Position numbers and translations under genes: made by a program. A model generated the notes under the pieces. The model did not search any database. It worked only from the letters and a program-made list of their open reading frames with translations, and was not told where the DNA came from. From the NCBI GenBank assembly GCA_951406725.2, contig OX597814.1, positions 145,824,001-145,888,000 on the forward strand: 64,000 nucleotides of DNA. The letters run 5' to 3'. This document shows, in pieces, positions 16,051 through 29,129 of the stretch (positions are counted from its first letter, which is position 1; every line of letters begins with the position of its first letter). The DNA is from Octopus vulgaris. Its lineage: Eukaryota.

Positions 16051-17496
16051 TGTTGTTGTTTTTAGTAAATGTATAACTGTGAGTCAGTATAGACTTGAAT
16101 TTTCAGAAAAATCAATCAACCAGCTAACAAACACATTACAAATAAAATATATAGGTAATAAAGTTGGACAGTAAAAAATAATGAAGTTTTGTCTCAAATG
16201 CAATATCTGTCATTGTTTCTGTTATCTACCTTCCTTACAGGAAGAATTCAATTGACAAAAGATAAAGCATGCATACATGCATATAACCCGGCATTCACAT
16301 ACACAGACACACTGAAACGTGCATTCAGGTACAGAAAAAACTAGATGTTTTTGTCGTGTGAAAGAGTATTGTTGGCCATAGATAGGGCTCAAGTAGAGAC
16401 AGAGAATTATGCAGACTTGTATACGTTGAAATGTGCATAAATGAATTTTGAATTAAAGCTAAACAGGTTAACTTCTTCTAAAATTAATTGTTCCTAAAAT
16501 ATATAGGCAAATGTTGACAGAGGAGAGATTCAGTTTCTTTCTCTGATTAAAAAATCAAATTGAAGATAAATCATATACACAGCTGCACAGATGTGTAATA
16601 TTACGCAAAAAGTCATATAGTGTAATGAAATATAAGGTATTGTAAAGTAATATAATAACGATAAACAGCAGAGCACAATGGAACATAAATTAATACAAAC
16701 GTAATACTGATAAAAGAGGTGATACAAAGTTCACACCGTAAGTACATATATAACTGTATGCCTTTGAGAATAAAACGTGAAAAAATTTGAGATTTGTAAA
16801 TAGGTGATATATAAATTTACGTATGTGTACAGGTACATTCTGAAAAGGCTAACACACATGAGACTGTATGCACATATATGTTGCGAATCAATCTGATGCA
16901 TTGCATTGAGATAATTTCTATAAAAATGGGTTTGTTTCCGGTTAAATGTGATTGATTGTGCATTGTTTCTCTGTTACTACATTTGTATATATGTTATTTT
17001 TTTAAACATTTTTTTCTTGGTGTGGGCATATATATATTAACATCTATATAATTGTGCTACAATATTCGTTACATCGAAACAAAATACAAAACATACGCAC
17101 ATAGACAAAATTACCAACACAGAGACACACAGAAACACACATATGTAGAGACGAACGAATAGATAAATATACGATAAGATATACAGCATTTACCTCAGTT
17201 ATAAGGATAATTTCCTTTACTGTATGTATGATACTCTTTATAAAAAACATTAAAATGCATGTGAATGTCAATATGTGCGCGCGTCACGAACGGGTATGTC
17301 ATTCCAATCGCGAGCGAGTGTGATGACGTGGTATATACGTGTATGCTTAGATTCATTCTTAGATATATGCAAAATTTATTGTCTGAAGCTTTCAAGCTGC
17401 ATGTGTATGTATGTATGGAGGATGGATAGATGGGTGGATATATATTCCTATAGATGAATGGATGATTTTATGCCTGTAGGTATATGAGAGCGAATA

Positions 17497-17606
17497 GCTG
17501 AATGGCTGTGGTGTTGCCCAAAAGTTTTTCGAGATCGTGGATTGAATTCCTGGCCCTGTTCCTGCGTTGTGTTCTTGAGCAAAGCACATCATCTCATATT
17601 GCTTCA
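17497..17606 (+). mobile_element. CORE-type SINE fragment, family C
   Basis: GCGTTGTGTTCTTGAGCAAAGCACA core-like segment after a tRNA-like head. Confidence 0.5.
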
Positions 17607-17830
17607 TGATTATTTCCACACTTGACGTGATGTACCCTGTGCACCTCTACAAGCAACGTGGATTTGATGGAGAGGAAGTTACTGATGTAGAGTACAAACG
17701 TTTAATCTGCATAAACAAATCATATGTGCATGTTGTTCAGCAAGGATCGAAGTACCTTTTTTTTTCGAAATACGAGAGACTACTCAAAATACCCTTATGC
17801 ATATATCTACGTACGTATATGTGCATTATA

Positions 17831-17888
<58 letters not shown>

Positions 17889-17967
17889 TATAAACAAGAA
17901 TGCTGTTGACATTTGCAAATCTATGGTAAATTCATGTTTATTAATTGCAGGACGGAATTTAATAATG

Positions 17968-18180
17968 GCTTCAGATTTTGGCGCAGAGTCGGCAATTTTA
18001 GAGCAGGAGTAAATCGATTATACCGACTCCAGTTCTCTCCTGGTACCTATTTTACCGGTTCTGAAGGGTTGAGAGGCAAAGTCAATCTCGATGGAATTTC
18101 AACCCAAAACTTAAAAACCCACGAAATGCCACTAAGCATTTTCCCGTCTTACTGATGATTCTGCAAGGTCACCGCCTTAA
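17968..18180 (-). mobile_element. SINE family B, diverged
   Basis: GAGGCAAAGTCAATCTCG...GAAATGCCACTAAGCATTT...CACCGCCTTAA. Confidence 0.75.
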
Positions 18181-18356
18181 CACAGTACTTGATAACTAGA
18201 TGAACCGCTATACATATTTACGTAATGAAACTGAGTATTTATGAACGATTAGTTCTTGTGTTTCCCCTATGTGAAATAGTTAATTTGAACCAAAGCATAA
18301 ACAGGGATAAAAATAATCGTTCTTGATATATTAAAACACATAATTGATTTTATCTA

Positions 18357-18752
18357 TTTTACTCTTTTACTTGTTTCAGTCATTTGACTGCGGCCATTCT
18401 GGAGCACCGCCTTTAGTCGAGCAAATCGACCCCGGGACTTATTCTTTGTAAGCCCAGTACTTATTCTATCGGTCTTTTTTGCCGAACCGCTAGGTGACGG
18501 GGACGTAAACACACAAGCATCGGTTGTCAAGCAATGCTACGGGGACAAACACAGACACACAAACACACACACATATATATACATATATACGACAGGCTTC
18601 TTTCAGTTTCTGTCTACCAAATCCACTCACAAGGCATTGGTCGAACCGGGACTATAGCAGAAGACACTTGCCCAAGATGCCACGCAGTGGGACTGAACCC
18701 GGAACCATGTGGTTGGTTAGCAAGCTATTTACCACACAGCCACTCCTGCGCC
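18357..18752 (-). mobile_element. Full-length SINE family A
   Basis: Complete reverse-complement copy from the TTTTACTCTTTTAC tail to the CACAGCCACTCCTGCGCC head. Confidence 0.92.
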
Positions 18753-19314
18753 TATATTTATTTTGTTTTATTTGTTTTGAGTATGTAAAATGATTTTATT
18801 ATTATTATTATTTAGACAAACACATCTTAGAAATTACAATTAAAAATATGATGAATACACACTCATATAACACCTGTTCGTCTGCTCTTTTCACATTTCA
18901 CAAAATCAGTAAATTATGTACATGTAATTGTTAAATATTTAATAGAGCCATTTACCAGTACTGAATTATTGAGTGCCATCGTTAAATTGACTCTTTGCCA
19001 ATAGTTTAAGAGAAAATTTTAATATTATATTATTAATGAGTTATTTAGTATGTATTAATTAGATTACTCGAAGGAAAAATAAAACCTTTTTCATTCTGTT
19101 TGTTCAGTTTTATATTAAAATATATAATTTTAAGGAAATTGTCAATCACTGTAAAATTAGACAAGAAAAGAATTGAAAGGTAAGTAATTTGGTCATAGAC
19201 ACAATGCAAGTGACGATTTACAATGTAGAAGTCAATAGATTAGCGAGGTTCATTTGCATATTTACGACGAATATGTTTTCAATTGTTGGTGGTATATATA
19301 TATATATGTGTGTG

Positions 19315-19349
<35 letters not shown>

Positions 19350-20099
19350 ATAGACGTACTTAGAGTATACCACCAACAATTGAAAACTAAGAATTTCTTT
19401 CACCTCTGTGAGGTCGGTACTAAGTACCCAGCCATCCCAAGTCTCAGGTCTCTCTGTACACACAAACACACACACACAAGCACACATACACACACAATGA
19501 ATATGTATAAGCCAAGAAGTTGTATATCTCTGATATCATGAGTAAGCAGATTATTTCAATAGGATATTATTCCCTAATTTCTTATCCCAGTTAGCATTAT
19601 GTGGGAATGAAGGGTCATGTGAAATCACTTGAGAGTGTGGGACGAAATGTTAACGATTTTTCTGTACAAGATATTGAAGCTCTTTGTTTAATATGGTTCA
19701 TCATTTTATAAACAGAAATATAAACTAACATGCACGCACATTTACAGATGTTTTTTTTTTTCAGTCGATGTCCATTATTGGCAAATTCGTATCTAATTTT
19801 TGGCGATGCTGTTTACAGTACTTTGGATACTCAATATGCAACTTCTGTTGCAAAGAAGGTATGCGAATATCTGTCTCCTGGCTATCGATGCAATTTTAGG
19901 TACCTATTCCTATTCGTAATTCACTTTGTTTTATTAAGAACATGTTTCTCCGTTAATTCAATCACGATTCCATAAAGGAACGGCGAAAACAGTTGGAAGA
20001 CTAGCAAAGGAAATGTTAGCCTACTCACATCATACAAACTCTCGTTATTCACCTGTCAATCTGGCACATCTCTAGTGTTTCTATTCGTATAGTATAGCA

Positions 20100-20587
20100 C
20101 AGGGGTCGCCAAATTGCGGCCCGCGAGTCCATTTCATTGGGGCCGCCGCTGCACTGTACCTTTCGTGTGAGTACCTGCAATGAGAGTTCATTTGCCTCTG
20201 GTATGGCATCAGTATTTGAAACAACTTATGGCTGTGAGCAAACATTTTCAATAATGAAGTATGTGAAGTCAGCACATCGAACGAGGTTGACCGATGAACA
20301 TTTGAAAGTAATTCTTTTGGTTGGATGCAGCATTTCCAAAGCAAATATTGATGATATCTTAACAGCTAAGCACTAGTTTCACAAATCTAATTATCCTTTT
20401 GTGCAGCTCAATTTATGAGATTCGGATACGTGCGCATTGAGTGTGATATGACTATCTTACTGCTGACGTCGCCTTTGATAACTTTTTGGTAAATAAATAT
20501 GTTGTATTGAACCAATTGTTTATGGAGCCTGCGTTCGTCATTTTGTCAGTTATATGTCCCGCGGTGAAGAAAGTTTGGTGACCCCTG
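20100..20587 (+). mobile_element. Internally deleted hAT DNA transposon (Charlie/SPIN-like)
   Basis: TIRs CAGGGGTCGCCAAA / TTTGGTGACCCCTG; 8-bp TSD GTATAGCA/ATATAGCA; hAT dimerisation-domain peptide SVFETTYGCEQTFSIMKYVKSAHRTRLTDEHL. Confidence 0.9.
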
Positions 20588-21290
20588 ATATAGCACAATG
20601 TGCACCACATTGTTATAATAATCTCATTTGACACACTTCATCACATTACGGCTACGCACCCATGTGCATGTAAAATACATGTACATGTGTGTCTGTGGTA
20701 TATTTGCCGTATGTTTAAGCGTATGTACACATATGTGTGAATTTGTATTCGTAGGTGAGATAAACATCTATAAGCACAACGGGTAAATAGAAAAATGTTA
20801 AATCACAGACACAGGCACATGTACAAACAACACAACTGTAAATATTAAAGACAAATAAGAAATTAGATTGTGAGCGATTAGAAACAGGTGACATGTTCAC
20901 TAGCGATATGAACGCAGACCATGATAAAACGACTATGAAGAATCAACTGATTGTCTGATTGATTATATATTTGATAAATGACAGAGTCCATTATTTAAAA
21001 GATAGCTATGTTTTAACAAAATCCCAATAAAACAATACTCCCCTTTTCATATGTGTGCGAACGTGTAGAAAGAGTGTATAAATCCGATCGAACTTACAAG
21101 ACAATTACATCTCCTACATTTTTTAATAATGACATGCAAATTAATTTGTTCCTACGTAAAACAGTCATTGTAGAAGAAAAATTCTACAAAATATATCAAG
21201 CGCAAGATACCTTTCATTTGTACATATATAAGCAGACACATACACGTAAAACAACTATGATATATATATATATATATATATATATATCAT

Positions 21291-21336
21291 CAGAACACAC
21301 GTTATACTTACATATGTAAGTATAACGTGTGTTCTG
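21291..21336. repeat. Perfect 46-bp palindrome between (TA)n tracts
   Basis: CAGAACACACGTTATACTTACAT|ATGTAAGTATAACGTGTGTTCTG. Confidence 0.95.
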
Positions 21337-21372
21337 TATATATATATTTGTACTTAAGTGCCCATTTGGTAT

Positions 21373-21431
21373 ATTCAACTGATGAAGGCAGAGCTTATTT
21401 GAAGCAAAGCTAGAAATCCAGGATCTTCAAT
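21373..21431 (+). ncRNA. Putative type I hammerhead ribozyme, solo, non-canonical stem II base
   Basis: ATTCAA-CTGATGA-A-GGC(...GCTT/AAGC...)GCT-A-GAAA-TCC-A-GGA-TC^-TTCAAT; AUC site, stem I 5/6 pairs. Confidence 0.6.
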
Positions 21432-21575
21432 TATCCAGTAATATCTTTTTGGTAGTTTATTTTGTCTCTCTGTCTTGTCTCATGGTGCGATGTGAACATT
21501 TAAGATGGGCTTTGGAGTCAAGGTTTTGACTGCTATTTCGGCTTGGTGGTGTGTCTCAGATACCCTTATTTATAG

Positions 21576-21649
<74 letters not shown>

Positions 21650-22200
21650 GAGATTATGTTGAGATATGTATGTATATATATATATATATATGTACATACT
21701 TAGCTTATGTGAATGCAGGAATATTATGTGTCCAATGGGGTGACCAGGACCTCCGAATTTCTGAGTTGATTGAGCTTGATAATCAGCGTGAATTTCTGCA
21801 GGTAAGTTTATATATGCTTTAACGCATATGTATTTACATATTTATAAATATGTATATATGCATACTTATATCAGTAGAGAAGTTGCTTATTTCAAGTTTT
21901 GAATCACAAACAGTCACAGATATATAGGCAGCTCATGTTATAGCAATTCAGTGTTGAATAAAACATGTTTCTCTCTTGTAACTCTGAAGTTGCGATCTTA
22001 TCAATTATGAAAATCTTCTCAGTACGAATGTGTGTAGATATTAAGTTATGTAATAGTCCGGAAGGCAGAAATATTAACATGAAATAAATAGGTATTAAGA
22101 GAGAGAAAAATACATTAAATGAGAGACGGGGTGCACAAATACCCTTTATTGAAAAATGAACAAAAATGTATAAAATAAAGAAAATGTAATATCCAAATAT

Positions 22201-22555
22201 ACAGGAGTGGCTGTGTGGTAAGTAGCTTGCTAACCAATCACACGGTTGCGGGTTCAGTCCCACTGCGTGGCATCTTGGGCAAGTGTCTTCTGCTATAGCC
22301 CCGGGCCGACCAATGCCTTGTGAGTGGATTTGGTAGACGGAAACTGAAAGAAGCCTGTCGTATATATGTATTTGTGTGTTTGTGTGTCTGTGTTTGTCCC
22401 CCTAGCATTGCTTGACAACCGATGCTGGTGTGTTTATGTCCCCGTCACTTAGCGGTTCGGCAAAAAGAGACCGATAGAATAAGTACTAAAAGGTGGTGCT
22501 CCAGCATGGCCGCAGTCAAATGACTGAAACAAGTAAAAAGAGTAAATAAAAAGAG
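22201..22555 (+). mobile_element. SINE family A with a short internal deletion
   Basis: CAGGAGTGGCTGTGTGGTAAGTAGC head to AAGTAAAAAGAGTAAA tail. Confidence 0.9.
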
Positions 22556-22599
22556 TATACTTACACAGACAGACAGGCACACAGACACACACGCACTCA

Positions 22600-23126
22600 C
22601 ACAGCCACACACACTCCCAAAAACAAATAAGTATATATACTTATATACATATATATATTGCATATATCTATATATAGATATAAGTGTATACGCACACAAA
22701 TATTTATATATATACATACACACGCATATATATGCAAATGAATAAGTATGCATAAATGTGTACAAATAGAAACAGGTATGAATATAAATACATCTACATA
22801 AATGCATATACATAGATATATATACGCACATATAGATATACACATAGGTATTATATATACATATTTATATATATATATATGCATATATAAATATGTATGT
22901 GTATATCTATATGTGCGTATATATATATATATATATACGGTATAAGTATATGTATTTATATTTGTACATATTTATGTTTACTTATTTATTTGCATACATA
23001 TATATGTGTGTATGCATAAATACATGTTTGTGTATATATATATAAATGAAATATATATACGTATATATATGCATATATACTTATTTGATTTGGAGAGTGT
23101 GTGTGGCTATGTGAGTGTGTGTGTGA

Positions 23127-23193
<67 letters not shown>

Positions 23194-24039
23194 CATATAT
23201 GAACGAATTCCATTTCTATGCCTGTTAAACTTTCATATATATATATATACATAAATATGCATAGAGCGGGGACGCAGAGAACTTTTTTGTTTCCTCTATA
23301 TACAAACACTTATATTGGCAGTTAAAAACAAAAGAAAATAATAAAAGCTAATCAAAATAATCCTGTAATTCTGAGTTGGATGAAATATTGAAAAACTTTA
23401 GAGTTTCAATGACAAAAAATCGATTGCATACAATAAAATATAGAGTGGATTCCAAGAGTATGATGGGATGTCTGAAGTAGTTTATATTGATTGTCCGTCA
23501 TTTTACTCGCAAACAAGACGATATATATATATACATATACATATATACATACATACACACACATATATATATATGTATTTATGTATAAATATATTTTTGA
23601 ACATCCCACTTGTTTACTTCCTTTGTTGCTCAGCTACTGAACTACACCCGTAACATAGCAGAGTGAAATATATATATATGAGATATATCAAGAGAATGAA
23701 AAAAAGGAAATGAAGAATGAAGTATAGAGAGCGCGCAATAGCTGCGAATTAAGAGATGCAGCGACACATACATACTTTCAAACATACATACACAAACACA
23801 TACATGCATGGATATATATATATATAGGAACGCAGACACTCACATACATATAAATGTACGCTTTCTGCATGAATGTATATACGCATATATATGTTTATGT
23901 TAATGTAGACGCACATTCGTAGGTATCTAGAGATGTTGTTTATCCATTTTAATATTAATTCAGTTTCGGAGCGAACTATTAATTCCTGACCCCTGTCTCT
24001 CACAGAATCTCAATTTTGTTTTTGTCGGACTAAAATCAA

Positions 24040-24107
<68 letters not shown>

Positions 24108-24147
24108 ATGTATGTATGAATGTGTATATATATATATATATATATAA

Positions 24148-24246
<99 letters not shown>

Positions 24247-24387
24247 CTGTGTGTTTTCGTGTGCGTGCGTGTTTGCATGTATGTATGTATCTATCTATCT
24301 GTCTTTATATATATACCTACATATATGTATATATATATATATATCTCAATGGAGTTATGGTGAAGCCGTATGTTATATTACATTACC

Positions 24388-24419
<32 letters not shown>

Positions 24420-24450
24420 AACACACACATACACACACCTATGAATACGC
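22600..24450. repeat. Extended degenerate (TA)/(TG)/(CA) low-complexity region
   Basis: Directly visible. Confidence 0.85.
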
Positions 24451-25569
24451 GTGTACAATACGCATATACGCATATGTGGTGAACTTAATATTACTTTCAC
24501 TTTGTTTCTTTGTTATAAAATGTCTTTCCAATCGGCTCTTATGATATTTAATATCCTACTTGTTAGTATCCGTTTCTCTACATTACATTAATTCGTCTCT
24601 GTAGTACTTCATATACACTTGTAACTATAGAAACACATTTATTACGCACATAAATGCTTGGCGTTTACTGGGTGCATCGACAGAAAATATTCATATATGT
24701 GCGCGCGTGTGTACGCGTGTTTGTGTGTGTTTTAGTAGCATTTCACATTGTGGTACTTGACAGTTTTTGTTGTTCTTACATAATCAATTAGCATATGCAT
24801 ATCAAAGTTCAATTTTAAATTTATAGTTAGATTTCTTATGTGAGTACTAATTTGTCAAACTTTACTAGTTTATTGCATATTACGTTTCTAGTTCAACTTC
24901 TTATTTGAGTCTTAATTTATCTACCACTAATATTATAATAGGAAGTATAGTATGCATATGTAAGTAAATGCGTTTATGTACATCAGTGTGAGTGTGTATA
25001 AATTTATAAATGATAGAAATGTAGTAAAGCTTCCATTTGTCATGTACAATATCGTTAATCTTCTCTACATTATCATTTCGAAAACCATATTTTCTAAATT
25101 CCTAAGACTATTACTCTGTTATTTTCTATTCATCAACTCCTTTCCTTTTTCCTTCAGCTTTAAGCAACAAGGCATTTGCATTTCATGGTTCCTTAGCAGC
25201 TTTAAAATTCCTGGGTAACTGAGTGCATTTAGCCCTATAGTATGTATTTTTTAGTCAGCAAGCCTCAACATACATATATCAGAATTGTGCCCCTAGATCA
25301 ATGAAGCAACTGACCTCCATAAAGGTACATACTATTTCAGAACTACCAATATAACTTGTTGATATTTGTGTATGTATTAAATAAACGGAGGGATCCTGTA
25401 TGTGTGTGTGTATGTAGTTAGGCATGTATGTAATATAGTGATGTCTTCTGTTTCTCTAAATTCTTTGACTTAAATCACGAGGGATTATGTGTGTGCGCAC
25501 GCGTTAAATAAAATGAGACAACAAAGCCAAGAATGTAGAATTTTCAGCACATTTATAAATAGAAAGTTA

Positions 25570-25617
25570 GTCTTACAGCTGTTTCTGGGATATTAAGGGT
25601 ATCCCTTCATCAGAGAC
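25570..25617 (-). ncRNA. Putative type I hammerhead ribozyme
   Basis: Minus strand GTCT-CTGATGA-A-GGGATA(CCCTTAA)TATCCC-A-GAAA-CAGCTG-TA^-AGAC; palindromic stem III, GUA site, 4-bp stem I. Confidence 0.75.
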
Positions 25618-25741
25618 GATGTGAGATGATTAAATAGAGGGAAATATTAGAGTTCAATATGAGCAGTTATTTAGAAAAAGAAAGCACATAAGGAGTATGT
25701 AGGGAAATAGGAGAATGATGTAGGAACAAAAAGAAAAATTT

Positions 25742-26541
25742 GAGGCTAATGCAGTTTAGCATCTCTCCTTGAAAAATGCATTTTTTGGAAAACTGTTTTC
25801 CGATTCCTACGTTTTAGATGTTGGAGATTACGAATATCCAAAAAAATTCTTAAATTTCATCCCCACTCCCCCACAATTAAAATTGTTGATTTTGTTTACT
25901 TTGAAGAGATCGTAGCGAATTGACGTATATATGCAAAACGAAATTAAATAAAGACAAAAACATTAAAGCGAAAAGAATTTGCGTTTTACTTGTGTTTGTC
26001 TTAAATGATCGTAAATGATAATTTAATGCAAATTAAATATACACCATTATATGAGAAACAAACATTAATGTTTAATAATTAACGTTATAAAGCTTAATAA
26101 GGGATCAAATTTCACTCCCTTTCTAATTATAAATTTTGAAATTTTTAATCCATTTATTTATGTATCTGCCTATCTATTTATCCCCGTCCGTTTATTCATA
26201 AAATATATTTGTCAACTAAATGTGGCGGTCCTATAAAAGACGGTGTTATTGTTGTTTTTAGCCCCAGGAAGACATTCATATCTATCTCTCTCTTTATACA
26301 CGTATCCATATGCTTATTGAATTTAAAACTATGAAAACGTGGTTTGTTGCATATTCGGAATCTTTGTCATCTAAAAGATAGCGGAAAAATTTTGTAAAAG
26401 TTTAAAATTTTAATTGGTGGGGTTAAGAATTTTTTTTTTTTGCATATTCGTAAGGTCCGACATCTAAAACGTAGGAATCCGAAAAAAGTTTTTTCCAAAA
26501 ATTGTATTTTTCAAGGAGGGGTGCGAAACTGCATTAGCCCC
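25742..26541. mobile_element. Non-autonomous DNA transposon (MITE) with about 130-bp imperfect TIRs
   Basis: GAGGCTAATGCAGTTTAGCA...GATTCCTACGTTTTAGATGT mirrored by ACATCTAAAACGTAGGAATC...TGCGAAACTGCATTAGCCCC; superfamily not assignable. Confidence 0.8.
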
Positions 26542-27571
26542 CCCCCCAATGAATAAAGATGTTATAGTTGCAGTTCCATTATTCAAGAAGTGTAGAAGTG
26601 GTAGCAAAGCTTCCTGTCCGTGGTATGTTATTTCCAATAGGAGTTCATATTTTGTCATCACAAATGGAAAGTATGGAGACGTACATTCCATGTGCTGTTC
26701 ATTCAAAGGAGTCTTGTAGTGTGAAGGAAAATTTGAGAATGCAGTGGTAGTATTAAGTGGATAGAGAGGTGAGAAGAGATGTGTATGTTAAAATGAAGAG
26801 AGAGGTTAAACGAAAAGGTGAGAAGAGAAGGAAGTAAGGGAAAGAGAAAATGTGTAAGGAGAAAAAAGTGAAGAAAGAGTGTTAGTTGGTGGTCAACATA
26901 TTGTGAAGAGGGATGGGCGCGGAGTAGAATATTCTTCCCTTCTAATTTGTGGTTTAGTACACATTTTACAAAACCCCTACTAATTCCTTCTAACGTATCA
27001 CTGCACCTCACACACTTCACACATATTCATTACTTACATTCTTATCTCATTCCACTCCTCCCCTATTCCTCTCCCATCCCCCTCCTAAATTCTTGACCAC
27101 CAACTAACACGCTTTTTTCACCTTCTTACACTTTTTCATTTTTTTCATTTTCTTTTCGTTTCCATATTCTCTTCCTCTTTCTTTCCTTCTTCTTTTCTCA
27201 CCTTTTCCTTTGACCTCTCTCTTCATTTTAATATACACATCTCTTCTCCCTCTCTATCCATTTTCATTCACACCAGAAGACCTCTTTGAATGAACAACAC
27301 ATGGAATCTACGTCTCCACACTTTCCATTTGTAATGACAAAATATGAACTGAGATTGGAATTTACACGCCTCGCACAGGAAGCTTTGCTACCACTTCTTT
27401 ACACCACTTTCCTTGAATAATGGAACTGCAACTGTAACATATTTATACATTGTTCTTTTTATTTCTACATTCATTCTCCTATTTCCCTGTATACTCCTTA
27501 TTTGCTTACTCTTCCTAAATAACTCCTCATATTGAACTTTAATATTTCCCTCTATTTAATCATCCCACATC

Positions 27572-27619
27572 GTCCCTGATGAAGGGATATCCTTAATATC
27601 CCAGAAACAGCTGTAAGAC
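27572..27619 (+). ncRNA. Putative type I hammerhead ribozyme, mirror copy
   Basis: GTCC-CTGATGA-A-GGGATAT(CCTTA)ATATCCC-A-GAAA-CAGCTG-TA^-AGAC; one stem I mismatch. Confidence 0.7.
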
Positions 27620-29129
27620 TAACTTTCTATTTATAAATGTGCTGAAAATTCCACATTCTTGGCTTTGTTGTCACATTTTATTTAACGCGCGCGCACACAC
27701 ACACACATAATCACTCGTGATTTAAGTCAACGAATTTAGAGAAACACAAGACATCACTATATTACGTACATGCCTAACTACATACACACACATACAGGAT
27801 CCCTCCTTTTATTGAATACATACACAAATATCAACACAAGTTATATTGGTAGTCTTGAAAAAGTATGTGCCTTTATGGAAGTCAGTTGATATGAATATCT
27901 CTTTGAAAATCAAATAGAATGAGGATAACTATGAGCAACTGTTTCGAATCTTCCGGTTTCTATTTCCAAATTTTAAATTCACATCTCTATTAATAATAAT
28001 TGGTGCCCTTGGTTTTGTGAGTAAATGCCGAATTGAAAATCTGTTTGAGGAAGGGATTTCAGAAAAAAGATATCAGCCAACTAACTTGCACATTACAAAT
28101 ATAATCTGTAAGTGGAATAGTAGAAATATGCAAGACTTTTCTGAAGTTTAAAATGTGTCAATATACCAACGATAGATTTTTGTACCGTTGCAAGAAAGAA
28201 ACTGCTTCCTCAGAGAAAAGACTTAAATAATTAAAAACTAGAGAGAACATGAGCACACACACATGTGTATGTGTGTGTGTTTGGCTGTGTCTTGTGTATA
28301 CATGTGTTAGTCATAATTTTCGTGTGCATGTGTTTCAATTTGTAGGGTGAGATACTTTTACAAAAACACAAAAATATAGACATGCAAATTTACAAGCACA
28401 CTCATATACACATGCACATGACTATGTTTACATTTCGTCTTAGATAAACGTATATATATTTTGCTTGATATACATTTTTTCCCGATGTTCAATATAATTA
28501 TGTCCTCCTCTGCTATTTATTTATGTGTTATCTTAATATCATTATATCTTTATATCATTTATATACATATATATATATATATATATATACATCAACTTCA
28601 TTGGTATTTAGTTCATTTTTATACTTTTTCTACTTTGATTGCTTCAGTTATTTTGATAAGCATACTATTAGTTTATTTATTACATTATGAAATATTAGCA
28701 TTCAGATTTAATTATTCATAAAGAGAAATATAAATATATATTCGTTTCGCATAACTTCTCGATTAATAATATATCATTTTCTCCAATCTATTTTGTATAA
28801 TATATTCCGATGCAGGAACATCGGAATATATTCACGGTATGATCAGTAATAAATTCTAGGATATATTTACAGCATAAAGATTATCAATTAATCTGCAAAT
28901 ATAATCATAAGTTATAATAAAATTGTAATAATATCTAACAGATTATTTGTACAGTTGCTCTTCTTTATCTATACCTAATATACATACGTATACATATGAT
29001 GCACACCTAAGCACACACTCACGCACATGTACATGTACGTGTATATGTGTGTGTGTATGTACATACAAAAGCGGGCATATTTCTCTATATATTACATACA
29101 CGTCCATATATACATATGAAACATCATCT

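Larger units (their letters stand above)
25307..27889. mobile_element. Old foldback element with about 0.8-kb diverged inverted arms, each carrying an HHR (Penelope pLTR-like)
   Basis: 25307-25740 plus 26548-26920 is the reverse complement of 27070-27889 with scattered substitutions; left arm interrupted by a MITE. Confidence 0.85.

Noticed and set aside
23955-24010. Minus-strand CTGTGAGAG...CTCCGAAAC next to (TA)n
   Set aside because: Core is incomplete and stems I and III cannot be formed.
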